Origin: Octopus sinensis
Lineage: Eukaryota
NCBI RefSeq assembly: GCF_006345805.1
Contig: NC_043001.1
Location: 21,328,001 to 21,392,000 of the forward strand
Reading direction: 5' to 3'
DNA length: 64,000 nucleotides
Made by a program: the position numbers and the translations under genes. How positions within the stretch are numbered: position 1 is the first letter of the stretch; each line of letters begins with the position of its first letter. The notes under the pieces are model-generated. The model was given only the letters and a program-made list of their open reading frames with translations. It made no database searches and was not told where the DNA came from. Shown piece after piece: positions 60,346 to 64,000 of this stretch.

Positions 60346-63300
60346 CATTGGGCCACATGGAGTCAGCCTCTTCTGACACCCTATATGTTGATGTCCCTTG
60401 ATTCTATTGAACCCTATAAACTGGTCTATATACATAGGGAGAATTCACAAAAAAAAAAAAAAAGACGAAGACAGGTGGTGTAGACAACAAACAGATGTAT
60501 TAGTATAATGCTTGGGAAGTGAAAAAGTCTTTAACGTTTTGAGCGTACGCTCTTTCACAGAAAGAAACACAGAAAGAAACAAGGAGAGTATATATATATA
60601 TGAAACAGGAAAAATAGAACTCAAAATATGAGTATATCATCATGATCATCGTTTAACGTCCGTTTTCCATGCTAGCATGGGTTGGACGGTTCGACTGAGG
60701 TCTGGGAAGCCAGGAGGCTGCACCAGGCTCCAGTCTGATTTGGCAGTGTTTCTACAGCTGGATGCCCTTCCTAATACCAACCACTCCGTGAGTGTAGTGG
60801 GTGCTTTCTACGTGCCAGGGGAGTCAGGCAACGGCCACGATCGGTTGGTGCTTTTTCTGTGCCACCGACGCGGAAGCCAGTCAAGGCAGCGCTGGCATAG
60901 GCCACATACGGATGGTGCTTTTTAGGTGCAACCAGCACAGGTACCAGGGTAGGCTGGCAATGGCCACGATCGGTTGGTGCTTTTTACGTGCCAATGGCAT
61001 GGATGTATAAACAATAGAGTGACTGAAGGTCTGAGAGTTTCATGTGTTGGCCCCAATAGACAAAACTCTCAGACCTTGAGTCACTCTGTTGCTTCTGCTA
61101 AATATTAATAAACATGTGTGTGGGTGTAAATTAATACAACATTTGTTAAAACTTGTCCCTCTCATGTTGCCTTCCTTTTTGTGCCCATTTGCCTTTTTAA
61201 CACCATCCAACCCCCACACATATATAGGGAACAATTTTTCTTCCAAACATGTCTAGTGTGTACTGGGTGTGCATATTTTGTGGCAGCAGCACTACAGGTT
61301 GCCAAAATATGTCAAGTGCCACCCGCTCCCCCTTTAATGTCTTTGTTTATTCATCCACTTCTTCACAAAAATGTACTGAATGCACTTTGTCATAGCATCA
61401 GTACTCGAGAGGCTGCCTTGTTGCAGGATCCTCACTACTCTATGCTATCTTTATTCAGGGTTACATGAGTGTTATATAGTAGGTAGAAAAGAGGGCAGTT
61501 GCAGGAGACAAATTAAGGTGAGAGGGAGTGGGGAGGCTGTCAGCAGAAAAGGACTTCAAAAATACAAGTACATCTAACTACTTTTACCGTTTACTTATTT
61601 CACTTTCTGATCTATATACAGGTTGCTGCTTGCCACCCCTCTTTCTCGATCTGCTTCTATCTTTCTCACCCCACCTCCATACTGACATTTTCTACCAGCC
61701 ACACCACCCTTGTACATAATTCACTACAATCACCTCAACCTCTATCTCTAACCATTTGTTACTCTCCACTCACACTCTTATGAAATTAACCATCCTCTCT
61801 GGTCCACTGTCTATATTCTCTCATACTCACCTCCTTGTACCTTGAGAGTTCACTTGGTAGTTTGTCTATCTTCTTTCTATGTGCTTCCACCTTTATATGA
61901 TGTGGAGTAACCTTTATCTCCTCTATAGCAAGACACCTCTGCTTATCTCTCCATCATACTTTAGTCTCTAAACATCGGGCATAAAGCTACCTTTCCCCTC
62001 TCTCAAATAAACTCCACTCAGTTGTGGAAACTTTTTCCTTTTCTTTTCTTGTCTTGCAAGTTATCTGGCAATCTCCTAAGTGCTGGTGGCATGAAAAAGA
62101 AAAAAGGACCCAGGTCCATCATAAATCACTGCTGAGATAACTTAGACTATCTGGCAGGTTGGCATATGAGCTGGTCATTCACATAGTAAACCAAGTTGTA
62201 CAGGATGGTGTCATAGCCAATGACTGATGTAAGTATCATTGTCAACTGTTATAAGGGCAAAGATAATGCATTAGAGAGAGAGAGAGAGGAAACTAGAGGT
62301 ATGAGGTTTGCAGAAAGGATTATAACACAATTGATTAGGGAAAGAGTCACCATAGATATCATGCAGTTTGGTTGTTGTGCCAGGAAGAAATACAAGCCTT
62401 GTGAAACAATATAATAGAAGTATCCAGCTATGAAGATACTCCTATACCTGGCTTTTGATAGATTTCTCCACTCCACGATCTGGTGGTCACTAAGGAAGCT
62501 TGAAGTGGACATTAGATTTCTTCCAATGTACAGGTGGTTCTCTAGAATAAATGACAGCTTATTTTACCGAGGAGACCTAATTAGGAGTGTAAGAATGGAG
62601 GTATTTTGAGAGTATAATCGTCAAAATAAGAACTAGGTAGAGTTCACGGAGCAAACAACGCATCTCTCCCAAATTGAAGGACAGACCATATAATGCTTGA
62701 GTGCTATGTGCAATGCTAAATGGTGAGAGTTGGATTTTGAATGCACAGGTTAAAAAGAAATGAAGGGAGCAGATGGCTATTTCTCTAGTATCGGTATCAT
62801 AAAAAACAAAAACAAAACAAAAAAACACACCCAGTACACTCTTAAAGTGTGAGGTTTCGTTGAAGACATAACACCTCTCGAGTACTGATGACACGAAAAA
62901 CGAAAAGTATCTAGTGTACTCGAAAGTGGTTGGTGTTAACCAAACGAAATAAAACGCGAGTTAGAATGGTCAACCTGACCGTCCAGGTCAGTATGCCCGT
63001 TCAACCCATGCCAGCACCGGACAGCGGATATCAAACGATGATGCTGACGATGTGTATTTATGTAAATATTTACATATATGCATATGTGTGTTCATATATA
63101 TATATATATACGCAGATATGTATGTGTGTGTGTGTATATATATATATACATATATATACTCTTTTACTTGTTTCAGTCATTTGACTGCGGCCATGCTGGA
63201 GCACCGCCTTTAGTCGAGCAAATCGACCCCGGGACTTATTCTTTGTAAGCCCAGTACTTATTCTATCGGTCTCTTTTGCCGAACCGCTAAGTGACGGGGA

Positions 63301-63369
63301 CATAAACACACCAGCATCGGTTGTCAAGCGATGTTGCGGGGGACAAACACAGACACACAAACACACACA

Positions 63370-63442
<73 letters not shown>

Positions 63443-63484
63443 ACAAATATATATATATACAAATATATATATATATATATATAT

Positions 63485-63535
<51 letters not shown>

Positions 63536-63924
63536 ATATCGGCATCATGAAACTAAAATAAGAAACATTGGTTTCTAATAAGACGTAAGAGGCTTTAGTT
63601 TCTCATAAAACATACAAACACCTATGTACCGAATGCTTATTTTCTTCGTTTGTAAACACAAACGTTCAGAAATGCTTTTCTCTCTCTCTCTCTCTCTTCC
63701 ACCCTCAGTCAGTCTGTGTCAGCCAGACCTTCGATCATGTTAACCTGACTACTGGACCGAAATCCAAAATAAAAACAAGTCGCACTGAAAAAACATTCCT
63801 CCTTTATTAAAGGTGCGATTATTATTAACGTGAAAAACTATAATCTCGTCTCCGTTATAGTCTCAACGAATGGAGCCGGTCCACACACCTGAGAAAAAGG
63901 GGAATGTAGGGACTTAAAAGTTAC

Positions 63925-64000
63925 CTGTGTTTATCTCCCTATAAAATTCGATTTCTCAGTGAAAAATTTCTAATCGCGCCGGGGATCGATGATACAAATC
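63925..64000 (-). promoter_or_regulatory. Candidate TADA3 5' UTR exon / promoter-proximal region
   Basis: The ATG exon has an acceptor 5 nt upstream, so a non-coding exon must lie further 5'. There is a donor-like CAG|gtaact at 63924 and locally more CpG (taatcgcgccggggatcgat) at the window end. Confidence 0.35.

Noticed and set aside
62877-62926. TCGAGTA-CTGATGA...GAAA...GTG-TACTCGA stem enclosing hammerhead words
   Set aside because: There is no helix II pairing, helix III is mismatched and the cleavage triplet would be GUG, so it is likely coincidental.
246-63578. Most ORF-track entries ([18 protein letters not shown].., MLGGQTQTH.., MFLQLDALPNANH..)
   Set aside because: They are translations of microsatellites and of the three short repeat families. 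They recur wherever the repeat recurs and have no splice or domain support.

Overview
This is an AT-rich, repeat-dense animal genomic window. The SINE/RTE repeat landscape and gene architecture point to a coleoid cephalopod (Octopus-like), which is an inference. There is one protein-coding gene, on the minus strand: TADA3 (transcriptional adapter 3, SAGA/ATAC HAT module). I traced it by hand as 9 coding exons from ATG 58553 to TGA 11648 (1308 nt, 435 aa), with GT-AG junctions and consistent phases at every intron. The rest is introns and flank containing a tRNA-Gln(CTG) gene and three abundant short repeat families. Also present are RTE and CR1 LINE fragments, a decayed mariner, hAT-, piggyBac- and Helitron-like non-autonomous elements, Penelope-type hammerhead ribozyme motifs and long fold-back palindromes. 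The most interesting leads are four unannotated frame-preserving cassette or micro-exon candidates in TADA3 (48, 9, 6 and 78 nt). The 78-nt exon would be coding only when the 6-nt microexon is also included and would create a stop codon otherwise. All exon and ribozyme calls come from reading the sequence by eye; nothing was run computationally. Repeat boundaries are approximate unless a TSD is given.
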